64,000 bases of DNA from Nitrosopumilaceae archaeon (GCA_965214835.1 CBDCCK010000002.1:2144001-2208000); one strand, 5' to 3'. Counted from the first letter of the stretch, positions 1 to 10,969 are shown. Numbers and translations: made by a program. Notes: generated by a model from the sequence alone, not told the origin.

Positions 1-994
1 GCGCATAACCGTATTGCGGGAGGCGCGCGGCGCAGAGCCCGTCGTTGATCCCAACGCGTCTGCCGAGGAGCAAAAAAAATCCCTCGATCAGCAGGAGGCA
101 AACAACGACTTTGAGGATCTGATCATGAAGGAAAAGCCGGACATCAGCTGGACCGAGGTCATCGGGCTGGATGATGCCAAAAACGCACTGCGCGAGTCAA
201 TCGTGTATCCGACAAAGCGCGCCGATCTCTTTCCGCTTGGCTGGCCCCGCGGCATACTCCTGTACGGGCCTCCGGGCTGCGGCAAGACAATCCTGGCTGC
301 AGCGACTGCAAGCGAGATTGACGGATATTTCATCAACGTTGATGCGGCATCCATGATGAGCAAGTGGCTTGGCGAGGCAGAAAAGAACGTATCGAAGATA
401 TTTGCCATGGCAAGGGGCTATGCAGACAAAGAAAACAAGCCCGTAATCCTTTTCGTTGACGAGGTCGACTCCCTCCTAGGATCCCGCAACAGCGAGGTGG
501 GAGGGGAGGTCAGAACCAAGAACCAGTTCCTGACCGAAATGGACGGGATCAACGCCAAGGGAAAGGATCTAAAGCTGTACGTAATTGGCGCCACAAACAA
601 GCCGTGGAGCTTGGACTGGCCGTTTTTGCGTAGGTTCCAAAAAAGAATCTACGTCAACCTTCCAACCCTGGAGGCACGTGAAAACCTGTTTGACCTGTAT
701 ACTGCACCGCTACGCAAGGACGTCAAGGTCAGCTCGACGGAGCTGGCCAGACTGTTTGACGGGTACAGTGCAAGCGACATCAAGGACGTGTGCCAGAGCG
801 CACAGCTGCATGCCGTCCACGAGCTGTTCAGCTCGCCTGACTATCACGAACCCGTGGACGGGGAGGAGCCCCAGCATCCAAAGAACCTTACCATGACTGA
901 CTTTAAGAACATCATGGAGGAAAGGAAGCCCAGCGTTTCGACGGACATGATAAGGGCGTATCACAAGTGGAGCAACGAGTTCAGGGCGCTCTGA
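1..994 (+). CDS. cdvC: Vps4-like AAA ATPase CdvC (5' end lies before the window)
   Basis: Walker A GPPGCGKT, Walker [18 protein letters not shown] pore loop, [15 protein letters not shown]; Vps4-type C-terminus. Confidence 0.85.
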   Translation, partial: RITVLREARGAEPVVDPNASAEEQKKSLDQQEANNDFEDLIMKEKPDISWTEVIGLDDAKNALRESIVYPTKRADLFPLGWPRGILLYGPPGCGKTILAAATASEIDGYFINVDAASMMSKWLGEAEKNVSKIFAMARGYADKENKPVILFVDEVDSLLGSRNSEVGGEVRTKNQFLTEMDGINAKGKDLKLYVIGATNKPWSLDWPFLRRFQKRIYVNLPTLEARENLFDLYTAPLRKDVKVSSTELARLFDGYSASDIKDVCQSAQLHAVHELFSSPDYHEPVDGEEPQHPKNLTMTDFKNIMEERKPSVSTDMIRAYHKWSNEFRAL

Positions 995-1064
995 TCCCCT
1001 GCGATCAGCGATCACCCCTCATAAAATTTAAATCACAAGTCAAAAGCAGTCCACGAGGGTCACA

Positions 1065-2222
1065 ATAACTACGAGGAAATCCGAGCACGCAAACAAGCTT
1101 GCAAAGCTGATCCTCGATGATGGCACCGTCATTGAGGGAATGGGCTTTGGCTATCCGACGACGGTTTTCGGCGAGGTCGTATTTAACACCGGAATGGTCG
1201 GATACCCTGAGACCATGACTGACCCGTCCTACAGCGGTCAGATCCTCACGCTGACTTATCCACTGGTGGGCAACTACGGGGTTCCTGATCCCTCAGAGAG
1301 GGACGGCGACGGCATCCCCAAGTCCTTTGAATCGGACAGGATCCAGGCTCGCGGACTGGTAGTCCATGAGCTGTCCCTGACTGCCAGCCACTGGAATGTA
1401 TCTATGACCCTTGATGAGTGGCTGTACAACGAAAAAATTCCGGGAATCTCCGGGATAGACACGCGGGCACTGACCAAAAAGCTCCGCTCAAAGGGCGTAA
1501 TGATGGGCGCACTGGCCGTCTCTGATGCCCCCATTGATGACGGCAAGGCAAGGCGGCAGCTTGCAGGGGCCACGCCGTACAGCTCCGAGCGGTTCATGGA
1601 TGCAGTGTCTACAAAGTCCGCCAAAGAGTATGGGGACCGGCCCGAGTCCGTAGTCGTAGTCGACACCGGTGCAAAGAATGCCATACTGAGAAATATCCGG
1701 GACATTGGCTACCGGGCAGTCAAGGTTCCCTGGAATGCCCCGGTCGAGGAGATCCTGTCCTACAGCCCAAAGGGGGTGGTAATCAGCAACGGCCCCGGCG
1801 ACCCCGAGCACTGCCCTGCAACGATTGACACTGCCAGGGCACTGATGGAAAGAGACGTACCCACCCTGGGCATCTGCTTGGGCGCGCAGATCATCGGGCT
1901 TGCCGGCAATGCCAGGACGTACAAGCTAAAGTACGGACATCGCGGCCAGAACAAGCCCTGCGTTGACCTGGACACAGGCCAGGTCTACGTTACCAGCCAA
2001 AACCACGGCTACTGCATAGACCCCGACTCGCTGGGCGACTCTGAGTTTGACCTGTGGTTTACAAACGCAGACGACAAGACGGTCGAGGGAATAAGGCACA
2101 GGAGGAAGAGAACCATCGCAGTACAGTTCCACCCAGAGGCCTCCCCCGGACCATATGACTGCAGGTTTGTCTTTGAAAGGCTCAAGCGACTGATGGAGGA
2201 GGATCGTCCTGCCAAAGAGTGA
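1065..2222 (+). CDS. carA: Carbamoyl-phosphate synthase small subunit (start uncertain: ATA 1065 or CTG 1107)
   Basis: GEVVFNTGMVGY, SNGPGDP, GICLGAQ, SQNHGY, QFHPE; conserved KLILDDGTVIEG lies upstream of the first ATG (1140). Confidence 0.95.
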   Translation: MTTRKSEHANKLAKLILDDGTVIEGMGFGYPTTVFGEVVFNTGMVGYPETMTDPSYSGQILTLTYPLVGNYGVPDPSERDGDGIPKSFESDRIQARGLVVHELSLTASHWNVSMTLDEWLYNEKIPGISGIDTRALTKKLRSKGVMMGALAVSDAPIDDGKARRQLAGATPYSSERFMDAVSTKSAKEYGDRPESVVVVDTGAKNAILRNIRDIGYRAVKVPWNAPVEEILSYSPKGVVISNGPGDPEHCPATIDTARALMERDVPTLGICLGAQIIGLAGNARTYKLKYGHRGQNKPCVDLDTGQVYVTSQNHGYCIDPDSLGDSEFDLWFTNADDKTVEGIRHRRKRTIAVQFHPEASPGPYDCRFVFERLKRLMEEDRPAKE

Positions 2223-5200
2223 GGATCTGGCCAAAATCCTCGTTTTGGGCAGCGGCGCAATCAAGATCGGGGAGGCAGGGGAGTTTGACTATTCGGGCAG
2301 CCAGTGCCTCAAGGCCATACGTGAGGACGGCCTCAAAAGCGTCCTGATCAACCCCAACGTGGCCACAATCCAGACCGATACCAGGTTTGCAGACCGGGTG
2401 TACATGGTTCCAGTCAACCCGAAATATGTAGAATCCGTAATCGAAAAGGAGAGGCCCGACGGCCTGATGCTTGCATATGGCGGGCAGACGGCCCTGAACT
2501 GCGGCGTAAATCTGGAGGAGGCGGGAGCCTTGAAGAAATACGGCATCCGCGTTCTGGGTACACAGGTGCCGGGCATTCAGAGGACCGAGGACAGACAGCT
2601 CTTCAAGGACTCGATGACCCAGTGCGGCGTCCCCGTCCTGAAAAGCAAGACCGTGACTAACTTTGAGGATGCAAAAAGGGTGGCAGAGGAGCTGTGCTAT
2701 CCTGTGATAGTCAGGGTCGCCTATACCCTTGGGGGCAGGGGTGGCGGCATCGCCCACAACGAGATTGAGCTGCACGAGATTGTAGAGCGGGGAATCAACG
2801 CATCGCTGGTGGGTCAGGTGCTAGTCGAGGAGTACATCGGGCGCTGGAAGCAGATTGAGTATGAGGTGATGCAGGACTGTGTAGGCAACAGCGTGATTGT
2901 CTGCAACATGGAAAACGTCCTCTCGATGCGCGCGCATACGGGCGACAACATCGTCGTTGCCCCCTCCCAGACGATAGACAACTGCGAGTACCACATGCTG
3001 CGCTCTGCGGCGCTGCGCGCAACAAGGCACGTAGGCATCGTCGGCGAGTGCAACATACAGTATGCCATGGATCCGGACTCTGACAGGTACGTGGCAATCG
3101 AGATCAATCCCCGGCTCTCGCGCTCTTCAGCCCTTGCAAGCAAGGCGACCGGATACCCGCTTGCATACATGTCTGCCAAGATCGGCCTGGGCTATACCCT
3201 GCCCGAGCTGGAAAACCGCATCACGAGGTCGACTACTGCGTGCTTTGAGCCCTCCCTTGACTACATCGTGTGCAAGCATCCCAGGTGGGACTTTGGCAAG
3301 TTTGAGCTTGTGAACCGAAAGCTCGGCCCCACCATGAAGTCCGTAGGCGAGGTCATGGCCGTCGGCAGGAGCTTTGAGGAGTCTATACAAAAGGCCGTCC
3401 GCATGCTAGACATAGGGGACGATGGGCTCGTACTGAATCGCGCCGGCGGGGGGCCCCTTGCCGCAGAGGAGATTGAAAACCGCCTCTCGGACATGGATGA
3501 CCGCATTCTGTACAACGTCGCCGTCGCCCTCAAGATGGGGATCCCGGTGGAAAAAATCCATCAGCTGTCCGCAATAGACCCGTGGTTCATAGAAAAAATC
3601 AAGAACATCGTCGAGGCCGAGTCCGAGCTGAGGGCGGGGCCGCTGGGACCTGCACTGCTAAGGGAGTCAAAGCGCCTTGGATTCTCCGACGGCCAGATTG
3701 CGCGGGCAGTCCAGAAAACCCCTGCAGAGGTCAGGGCGCTGAGAAAAGAGCACGGCATCGTGCCTGCAGTAAAGCAGATTGACACCCTGGCAGCCGAGTG
3801 GCCTGCCAGGACAAACTACCTGTACCTTACCTATGGCGGGGCGGGACACGACGTTGCCATACCTGAGGCCGGAAGGGGGATCCTCGTCTTGGGCGCCGGC
3901 CCGTACAGGATTGGAAGCAGCGTGGAGTTTGACTGGGGGACCGTCAACATGGTCTGGTCGCTGCAGGGCAGGGGCGAGAAGAACATCTCCGTGGTAAACT
4001 GCAATCCAGAGACCGTCTCCACCGACTATGACATCTGCAGCAGGCTGTACTTTGAGGAGCTGACCCACGAGCGCATCATGGACATCACCGAGTTTGAGTC
4101 ATCCAAGGGAGTCATAACGTGCGTGGGCGGGCAGACTGCAAACAACCTGACCCCGGAGCTTGCCGATGCCGGCGTCAGCATAATCGGCACGCCTGCACGC
4201 GACGTCGATCGTGCAGAAAACAGATCCGTCTTTAGCGGCGAGCTGGACAAGCTGCACATACAGCAGCCTAGGTGGCAGGCGTTCTCGACGATGGCCGAGG
4301 CCAAGCGCTTTGCACAGGATGTCGGGTATCCAGTGCTGGTGAGGCCCTCGTACGTGCTCAGCGGCGCTGCCATGAAGGTGGTCTGGACTGCCGGCGAGCT
4401 CAAGACGTATGTGGAGAACGCCACCAGCATGTCCCCGGATCATCCTGTGGTCATATCCAAATTCATGCTAAACTCGCTGGAGCTTGACGTCGACGGCGTC
4501 TCTGACGGCAGCAACGTGGTGATCGGCGCGATCATAGAGCACATCGACAGCGCCGGCGTCCACTCCGGCGATGCAATGATGTGCATCCCCCCTTGGAGGC
4601 TCAACAACAGGATCATCGAGACCGTGACGGACTATACGAAAAAGATCGCAAGGACCTTCAACGTGAGGGGACCCTTTAACCTGCAGTTTTTGGTAAGCAA
4701 CAACCAGGTATATGTCATCGAGCTGAACATCAGGGCCTCCCGCTCGATGCCCTTTGTCTCAAAGCTGGTCAGAATCAACCTGATCGACCTGGCAGCGCGC
4801 GCCGTCCTAGGGGAGCGGCTGCCTGCGGTTCCGGACGACGCCTGGAAGAGGATACCCAACTACGGGATCAAGGTGCCGCAGTTCTCGTTTATGCAGCTGG
4901 ACGGCGCAGACATAGTGCTCGGCGTCGAGATGCAGTCGACCGGCGAGGCCGCCTGCTTTGGGACCAGCTTTTATGACGCGCTCTCAAAGGGCCTGACCTC
5001 GGTGGGATACAACCTTCCCTCCGAGGGGACCGCGCTGATTACCGTGGGCGGTGCCGAGAACAAGGGGAAGATACTGCACACCGTTGCCACCCTCAAGGAT
5101 CTCGGGTTCAAAATCCTGGCAACGGAGCACACTGCGGAGTTCTTTGAAGAAAAGCTCGGGGACGTGGAGATCGTCCATAAGATCAGCGAGCCCGAAAGAA

Positions 5201-5451
5201 AGCCAAACATATCGGACCTGCTCTACCAGAGAAAAATCGACTTTATAATCAACATCCCGGGAACCTCGACGCTTGAAAAGTATGTCGGGATGCTAAATGA
5301 CGAGTACCAGATCAGGCGCAAGTCCATCGAGCTTGGCATCCCTGTGCTGACCACGATGGAGCTTGCAGAGTCCTTTGTCAAGACACTCGAGTGGCTCCGG
5401 GACAACGAGACCACCAAGCGGCCTCTAGAGCCGTACCGCGAATACGACTAG
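2209..5451 (+). CDS. carB: Carbamoyl-phosphate synthase large subunit (probable CTG start)
   Basis: MPKSEDLAKILVLGSG N-terminus, GEAGEFDYSG, duplicated ATP-grasp domains, C-terminal MGS domain; GGAGGA upstream. Confidence 0.95.
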   Translation: MPKSEDLAKILVLGSGAIKIGEAGEFDYSGSQCLKAIREDGLKSVLINPNVATIQTDTRFADRVYMVPVNPKYVESVIEKERPDGLMLAYGGQTALNCGVNLEEAGALKKYGIRVLGTQVPGIQRTEDRQLFKDSMTQCGVPVLKSKTVTNFEDAKRVAEELCYPVIVRVAYTLGGRGGGIAHNEIELHEIVERGINASLVGQVLVEEYIGRWKQIEYEVMQDCVGNSVIVCNMENVLSMRAHTGDNIVVAPSQTIDNCEYHMLRSAALRATRHVGIVGECNIQYAMDPDSDRYVAIEINPRLSRSSALASKATGYPLAYMSAKIGLGYTLPELENRITRSTTACFEPSLDYIVCKHPRWDFGKFELVNRKLGPTMKSVGEVMAVGRSFEESIQKAVRMLDIGDDGLVLNRAGGGPLAAEEIENRLSDMDDRILYNVAVALKMGIPVEKIHQLSAIDPWFIEKIKNIVEAESELRAGPLGPALLRESKRLGFSDGQIARAVQKTPAEVRALRKEHGIVPAVKQIDTLAAEWPARTNYLYLTYGGAGHDVAIPEAGRGILVLGAGPYRIGSSVEFDWGTVNMVWSLQGRGEKNISVVNCNPETVSTDYDICSRLYFEELTHERIMDITEFESSKGVITCVGGQTANNLTPELADAGVSIIGTPARDVDRAENRSVFSGELDKLHIQQPRWQAFSTMAEAKRFAQDVGYPVLVRPSYVLSGAAMKVVWTAGELKTYVENATSMSPDHPVVISKFMLNSLELDVDGVSDGSNVVIGAIIEHIDSAGVHSGDAMMCIPPWRLNNRIIETVTDYTKKIARTFNVRGPFNLQFLVSNNQVYVIELNIRASRSMPFVSKLVRINLIDLAARAVLGERLPAVPDDAWKRIPNYGIKVPQFSFMQLDGADIVLGVEMQSTGEAACFGTSFYDALSKGLTSVGYNLPSEGTALITVGGAENKGKILHTVATLKDLGFKILATEHTAEFFEEKLGDVEIVHKISEPERKPNISDLLYQRKIDFIINIPGTSTLEKYVGMLNDEYQIRRKSIELGIPVLTTMELAESFVKTLEWLRDNETTKRPLEPYREYD

Positions 5452-5527
5452 AATGCACCCTGATGCGGCCGGACTCGCGGAGGCGCCAGGCCGCAGCGCG
5501 CGGATCTGCGGGCTGCCCGGAACCGTC

Positions 5528-6298
5528 CTACGCGGCGCCACTGGGAAGGCCGATAACCCTATCCAGCATGCCCTCGTCGCCTATGATCGAGCCGTCAAGC
5601 GTGATGATTCTTGCCGACTCAAACCCCCTGACCCTCTGTATTATCGGGGAGATCGACCTTTCGCGCCTCTGCCTGTGCGTTGCATAAAGGTACCGGTTAA
5701 ATGACGGCACCAGCAGCAGCTCGATCTGGCCCCTGGCCGAGGGGAACAGATCCTCCTTTCTGGCCCTTGCGGAGACCCAGACCCTCTGCCCGTTGAGCAC
5801 AGAGTCCTCGTCAAGGAATACCGGATGCATGTGCCCGGCTATGATCCTGTCGACGTGTGAAAGGTTCTCTGACGGCATCGCATGTCCGTGCGTCAGCAGG
5901 ATGTTCTCTAGCACCAGCCCGGACGGCCCGGTCAGGGTTATCTCGCTTGGGATCAGTCTCCGGATGTTGGCATCATGGTTTCCGGGAACCAGGGTTACGT
6001 CTGCCAGCCTTCCCATCTCCTCAAAGAAGAGCGGGACGTCGCTCCACTCAGCCCTTGAGATCGTCTTAGTGCCGGACTTGACGTCTCCGAGCAGGATCAG
6101 GGACTCTATTCCCTCGTCCCTGATTATTCCGGATATCTCGGATATGACCTCGTCCACTGTGGAGTTCCTTCCGACGAACACGTTGTTTGCTGCCAGCTGC
6201 GACTCAAAGCCGATGTGGAGATCCGCCACTGCCAGGTGCCTTCTCTCCCCCTCGATCACCAAGGCCGGCCTTGAGGGCACCATCCTAGTTGTGACCAT
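5528..6298 (-). CDS. Calcineurin-like metallophosphoesterase
   Basis: DLHIG, LGD, PGNHD, HGH, GHMHP motifs. Confidence 0.85.
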   Translation of the reverse strand: MVTTRMVPSRPALVIEGERRHLAVADLHIGFESQLAANNVFVGRNSTVDEVISEISGIIRDEGIESLILLGDVKSGTKTISRAEWSDVPLFFEEMGRLADVTLVPGNHDANIRRLIPSEITLTGPSGLVLENILLTHGHAMPSENLSHVDRIIAGHMHPVFLDEDSVLNGQRVWVSARARKEDLFPSARGQIELLLVPSFNRYLYATHRQRRERSISPIIQRVRGFESARIITLDGSIIGDEGMLDRVIGLPSGAA

Positions 6299-6332
6299 CA
6301 AGAATATACCCTGCATGCGTGATTAATCTATT

Positions 6333-6632
6333 GTGAAAGATACCGGGAAGGTCAGGAAGATCGTGGAGCAAGGGCGTGTAAAGCTGCACGTCTTTGAGCC
6401 TAGCAACCGGGGCATATGGACCGTCGTCGGTAGCGGGCGGGAGTACTGGGTCGAGCCGGACCTCGAGTTTTGCTCATGCGCCGGGTTTTACTTTGCGCGC
6501 CTGAGCGGAAAGGTGGGATGCTATCACCTCGAGTCCCTAAAAACTGCCATTGCCGAGGGGCAGTACGAGGCAGTAAGGTTTGCCGACGACGAGTACGGAG
6601 ACTTTATAACGTCGCTAGTAGCCGATCTGTGA
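6333..6632 (+). CDS. Small SWIM zinc-finger-like protein
   Basis: CSC...CYH motif. Confidence 0.65.
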   Translation: MKDTGKVRKIVEQGRVKLHVFEPSNRGIWTVVGSGREYWVEPDLEFCSCAGFYFARLSGKVGCYHLESLKTAIAEGQYEAVRFADDEYGDFITSLVADL

Positions 6633-6675
6633 GCCTACCGACACCCAAATAAACACCGGGGTTTTTACCTTTGTA

Positions 6676-7053
6676 TTGGTCAAAAAGCAAGCCGACCTGC
6701 AGAAGGTCGTCGATGAAATCGTCAACCTCAGCCCGAAGATGCGCTTTGTAGGAATCATCGATCTGAGGGGAAACATCGTAGAGGGGATCATGAAGGAGGG
6801 CAAGACCTCACTTGAATCCCAGAGGGAACAGGAGCACTTTTGCCAGCAAATCGCCGAGCGGCGAAGGATGCGAAAGGAGTTTGACAGAACCCTGGGCAAG
6901 GTAAGATACGTGCATGTGGAGCGCGACAATGTCAGCCAGCTGGTGGTGTATACGCCCAAGCGCACGATTTTTGTCACCTCCGAGCCCGACCTTGGCATCA
7001 ACAAGAAAATCCAGATAGTGACCCGAATCAAGAAGATCATTGCAGGCCTCTAG
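6676..7053 (+). CDS. Roadblock/LC7-like thaumarchaeal protein (DUF6659-like)
   Basis: MRFVGIID.RG...G..KEG..SL and LGKVRYVHVER pattern. Confidence 0.65.
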   Translation: MVKKQADLQKVVDEIVNLSPKMRFVGIIDLRGNIVEGIMKEGKTSLESQREQEHFCQQIAERRRMRKEFDRTLGKVRYVHVERDNVSQLVVYTPKRTIFVTSEPDLGINKKIQIVTRIKKIIAGL

Positions 7054-7312
7054 GGTGTGGGGATTGGCCGGCTCTGAGTACCAAAGACAAATCAGGGCAA
7101 TATCCTCCGCGATGAGCTCCGACGGTATCTCCCCTGACGAGACAGACCCTGACGTACTCTCAAAATATCATGACTTTGCCAAGTCGGAGTTTCGCACAAG
7201 CGACGAGGCCGCCGCGCAGCTGGTCTTTGAATCCCTCGTGTACCTCAAGCTGCAAAATGCAGACCTGGATCCGCTGCCTGAGGGGGAAAAATTTGGAGTG
7301 GGGTTCAGCTAG
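7040..7312 (+). CDS. Hypothetical protein (start uncertain)
   Basis: ORF filling the gap, protein-like composition. Confidence 0.5.
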   Translation: MQASRVWGLAGSEYQRQIRAISSAMSSDGISPDETDPDVLSKYHDFAKSEFRTSDEAAAQLVFESLVYLKLQNADLDPLPEGEKFGVGFS

Positions 7313-7605
7313 AGCTGAACCGTAAACAGGTCGTCCTTTGAGACTCCCTTCCACAGTCCGATCATGCCCTCCGGCTCGACCTGCTCTACCTTTGTGATTG
7401 CCTGGATCCTGATGTGATCCGGACTGGGAGGCATCCACAGCATTGCCATATAGTCCCCCACGCTGCCGACCTGCGTCGGAACCGCATCGACTATCTTGTC
7501 CATGGAAAACCCCCTTGCCTTTAGGGCGGCAGCTGCCTTTTCCCTAAGATCGGCCCGTCCGTGGGTGAAAAGGTATACCGTCTTGCTTGCATCAACCTCT
7601 GACAT
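7309..7605 (-). CDS. Conserved hypothetical protein
   Basis: ATG ORF of 98 aa with host-like codon usage. Confidence 0.6.
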   Translation of the reverse strand: MSEVDASKTVYLFTHGRADLREKAAAALKARGFSMDKIVDAVPTQVGSVGDYMAMLWMPPSPDHIRIQAITKVEQVEPEGMIGLWKGVSKDDLFTVQL

Positions 7606-7787
7606 GCTTGACCGTCGTTCCTCATTCTAAATCAACGTTTCTAAGGTCTCATCGTATGAGTTTACCCCTTCACCTACTTGGTGAATTCTTCCTGACCACC
7701 CGATCTATAAGATAGCATTACCTAGAAAAACGCATGTCATCAGGCTCGGAGGTCAAGATACTGCGCGACGAGATAGCCCGCCTCATA

Positions 7788-8893
7788 TAGCAACGAGCAT
7801 AAGTCTTTGAGCCAAAACAAGGTCATTCGAAAGGTATAATGATCACGTAACTGGCGCAGTATGTATGACAAAAGAAACAGACATTCTGTCAGAGGCCATG
7901 CGCAAAGAAAAGGATGTCAAAGTCTACAAGAAGATCATGGCGCTGATGTTTGTGCTAGAAGACGACATGGGCGTACCCGAGACTGCAAGAAAGATCCGGT
8001 GCAGTGAGAATTCCGTGCGCAACTGGCTGGCGAGGTTTTCGGAGGGCGGCATAGACGGTCTCCGGGATCTTCCCCGTTCCGGATGCAGACCAAAGGTGGA
8101 CAGAGAAAGTATTGCAGCCATAATGGATCTGTCCACTGCATGCAAAAGTACCGATGTCATGACGGTACGCGATGACATAAGGAATGCCACCGGGATAGAA
8201 TACAGCATAGAGCATGTCCGAAGACTGATGTGCCAGCACGGCCTGTCGCGCCGCAAGGTGCAAAACATACATGTCAACCATGCCACCCCAAGCTCGGTAT
8301 ACTCGTGGCAGCGATACCTTGAAAACGTGCGGATTCCGTGCCTGAAAAACGACGGTTTTACGCTGGTGTCATCTGATGAGGCGTTCTTCGTGCAGGGCGC
8401 ATACGACAGATACGTGTGGGGTCCGGTCGGCACCAGAAGCGTGGCATCGTATTCGGGGGACCACACAAAGGTGGCCGTGTTTGGAAGCATCGCAGAAGAC
8501 GGCAGAAGGCTATTCAGGACGTTTACGGGATCGTTTACGTCGGTGCAGTTCATAGAATGTCTGGAGGCGCTGCGCATCAAGTTTGGCAAGGTTGCAGTCT
8601 TTTGCGATAGGTGGAGTGTGCACAGATCTACTGATGTCGCAGAATATCTGGCGGGCCATCCCGACGTCAGACTGATAATGATTCCGAAAGGATCGCCGTA
8701 CCTCAATATCGTGGAAGAATGCTGGAACCTGGGCAAACATTTTGTTTTCAGGGGGATAGTGTACAGAAGGATCAGCGAGCTGCGGCACACCATATCCGAA
8801 TATTATAGGACGGTGTCATTTGCCCACCTTTGCATGTACAAGTACATTTACAGATCGCCGGTCAAAGCCCTCAATTACTTGTGACCGTTGCTA
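7788..8893 (+). mobile_element. IS630-family element inserted at TA
   Basis: Imperfect TIRs TAGCAACGAGCATAAGT / ACTTGTGACCGTTGCTA; TA duplicated at 7786-7787 and 8894-8895. Confidence 0.9.
7865..8884 (+). CDS. IS630 transposase (intact single ORF)
   Basis: N-terminal HTH, SDEA / CDRWSVH / LNIVEECW DDE motifs. Confidence 0.9.
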   Translation: MTKETDILSEAMRKEKDVKVYKKIMALMFVLEDDMGVPETARKIRCSENSVRNWLARFSEGGIDGLRDLPRSGCRPKVDRESIAAIMDLSTACKSTDVMTVRDDIRNATGIEYSIEHVRRLMCQHGLSRRKVQNIHVNHATPSSVYSWQRYLENVRIPCLKNDGFTLVSSDEAFFVQGAYDRYVWGPVGTRSVASYSGDHTKVAVFGSIAEDGRRLFRTFTGSFTSVQFIECLEALRIKFGKVAVFCDRWSVHRSTDVAEYLAGHPDVRLIMIPKGSPYLNIVEECWNLGKHFVFRGIVYRRISELRHTISEYYRTVSFAHLCMYKYIYRSPVKALNYL

Positions 8894-10286
8894 TAGCGGA
8901 GATTGGCAAGATGAAAAGGGAGTTTGCCACAAGAAACGGGGAGCTGGCCACACAGCTGGCCGAGGCCATGGCACGAATCGCGATGCTGGAGGCAGAAAAC
9001 CTGCAGCTCAGACAGCACATCAAATATTACGAAAACCCGCACACCCCACTCCTCGCAGAACTCGATTCCGACCAGGCAGAAAAAGGCCGCCGCCGCAAAG
9101 GCATCAGGCGGCGTGCCCGCACCTGCAAAGGCAAAACCGGGCCGCAAACCGGAACACGAGGGGGTATCACACAAGAGAAAGCCGACCGAGTTTGTAAAGC
9201 ACTGCCCCAAAAAGTGCGGCAAGTGCGGCGGCACCAACATGAAAAAGCCCGAAAAGATGTTCTCCAAGCTTGTGACCGAGACCCCCAGGAGGCCCGAGCC
9301 GGTCACGACACAGCACACCGCATACAGGCGCAAATGCGCCGACTGCGGCCACGAGTCCGTCGAGGACGACAGGTCATGGAACGTGCCGGGAACAGAATTT
9401 GGACCAAACATCACGGGGATGATGACTGCAATACACGTGGCACCTGCCTCCATACAGGCCACGGCCACGCTGTGCTCTGAGATCCTGGGCATGGACGTCT
9501 CAGAGGCAGGCGTGCTGCAGTGCCTGAGGGCCGGCGCCAATGCGATAAAGCCCGGCGTAGAGAGCATCAAGCAGGCCATCAGGGATTCTGATTATCTGCA
9601 TATTGACGAGACTGCCATGCCATACAACGGCAGGACGGCCCGCATATGGGTGGTCGTGGGAAGAAAAGGTGACGGCACCGTCACCGGGATCCACACGCTG
9701 GCCGCACCCAGCAGGGGCAGGGCCGTAGTTGACATGAACTTTCCATATTATGACAAACCGGTCACAGTCGACGGGTACGGCGTATACGCCGCATTCAAGA
9801 TCAGGCAGTGGTGCCGGATCCGCATACTCCGGGAGGCCAGGGAGGCCGGCAAGGTTTCCCGGCAGGCCCACGCGCTGTATGTGGCCCTCAAGAAAAAGTT
9901 TATCCATGCCAAGGGGCTGGGGCCACCGGAGGGCGCCGCCCAGCACGACATGCTGGTGGCAGAAACGCGCGGGCTGGCCGAGGCATTCGGCAGGGAGGCC
10001 GGATGCGAGAGCTTTGCCACAAAGCTTGGGAACGCCTCGGAATACCTGTACACGTTCGTGCTATACCCGGGCATGGAGCCCACCAACAACCTGGCCGAGC
10101 GCATGCTGAGGCCGTCCGTAATTGCACGCAAGATATTCCAGGGACTCCGTACCATGGAAGGCATGGAGATGTTCACCGTACTGATGACATGCGCGATGAA
10201 CTGGCGCGCCCGGGGATGCGGCGTGAGGGAGATGGTCGTCAAGACCCTGACTGGCAGCGTCGCCTGAGGGGTAAACTCTTACGTCT

Positions 10287-10385
10287 CATCTAAGTGAAGT
10301 GTGGATGGGACCTTTGCCTTGTCATTGAGGCACCATGGCTCCTGCCCAGTTTCTGTTCTTGCTCGATTTTTTTGGTACGCTTGTA
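10287..10385. repeat. Degenerate copy of MITE family B
   Basis: Aligns by eye with 47877-47987 (TAAGTGAA...TGCCCAGTTT...GATTT...GGTAC). Confidence 0.55.
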
Positions 10386-10739
10386 TGGATCTCAGCCAAG
10401 TGGAGGGTACCCCAGCCAGGCAGAAAACCGAGGGGTTCAGGTAGCAGCTTGGACTAGAAGATCAGGCGTGAATTTTGGTGCCCTGAAGGACTCACTGGCA
10501 GCACCTTGACGGTAGAAAGATTTGGAAAAACCACAATACACAAAGATCACAGTGCCTGCCTTCCAAGTATTGGCTGGGGATCTTGGCACTGCGGATATGG
10601 ACTGGAACAGTCCCTGCGTGCGTTGCATGTTTGAACACAAAGCCGGGGATGGAAAAGGCTGGAAAAGAGAGCCAGCACCTGCAAGGCAAGCACCAACAGA
10701 TGCAAAACAAGCACCAGCAGCTGCAAGAAGAGAAAGAGC

Positions 10740-10833
10740 GTATAATGTCACGTCCCCTTTGCTGGCCATGCATGAAAACCATATCTATACATGCCAATTC
10801 GTGCCTGATTGGCAGGGCTAGGTTGCCTCGTAC
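10740..10833. mobile_element. MITE family D (IS66 type-2 ends), degenerate
   Basis: Similar to 21449-21540; ends in CCTCGTAC. Confidence 0.7.
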
Positions 10834-10878
10834 TAAGTTTGTATCAAAATCCAGCTTTCGAACCCGATCAAGCAGATC

Positions 10879-10969
10879 CGTGCCTGAAATCAGGAACGGT
10901 TTAGCCCGAGCTGTTACCACAAAAGATCGGTTGTTTTTACGCGTTCAGGCACGGCTGTGCGACAGACCA
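10879..10969 (-). repeat. Degenerate end of MITE family G
   Basis: Reverse complement TGGTCTGTCGCACAGCCGTGCCTGAACGCGTAAAA resembles the reconstructed left end at 34162/35618. Confidence 0.6.

Larger units (their letters stand above)
7734..10267 (+). pseudogene. IS66 transposase, split by IS630 and by a +1 frameshift in C4 at 9044-9047
   Basis: MSSGSEVKILRDEIARLI|AEIGKMKRE rejoins in frame; CxxCxxC zinc finger, HIDET, VDGY, PTNNLAERMLR. Confidence 0.85.
7654..10282 (+). mobile_element. IS66-family element (type 1), interrupted by IS630
   Basis: TIRs GTATGAGTTTACCCC / GGGGTAAACTCTTAC; 8-bp TSD GTCTCATC at 7646-7653 and 10283-10290. Confidence 0.92.

Noticed and set aside
7924-8793. Long antisense and alternate-frame ORFs (also opposite carB, smc, ADH and alba)
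   Set aside because: Shadows of well-supported genes in GC-rich DNA, with no recognisable motifs
9044-9047. Programmed frameshift in the IS66 transposase
   Set aside because: The paralogous fragment at about 54960 is in frame here, so this is a mutation or sequencing error
10522-10739. ORF remnant with imperfect 21-bp repeats
   Set aside because: Truncated by a MITE and no family could be recognised
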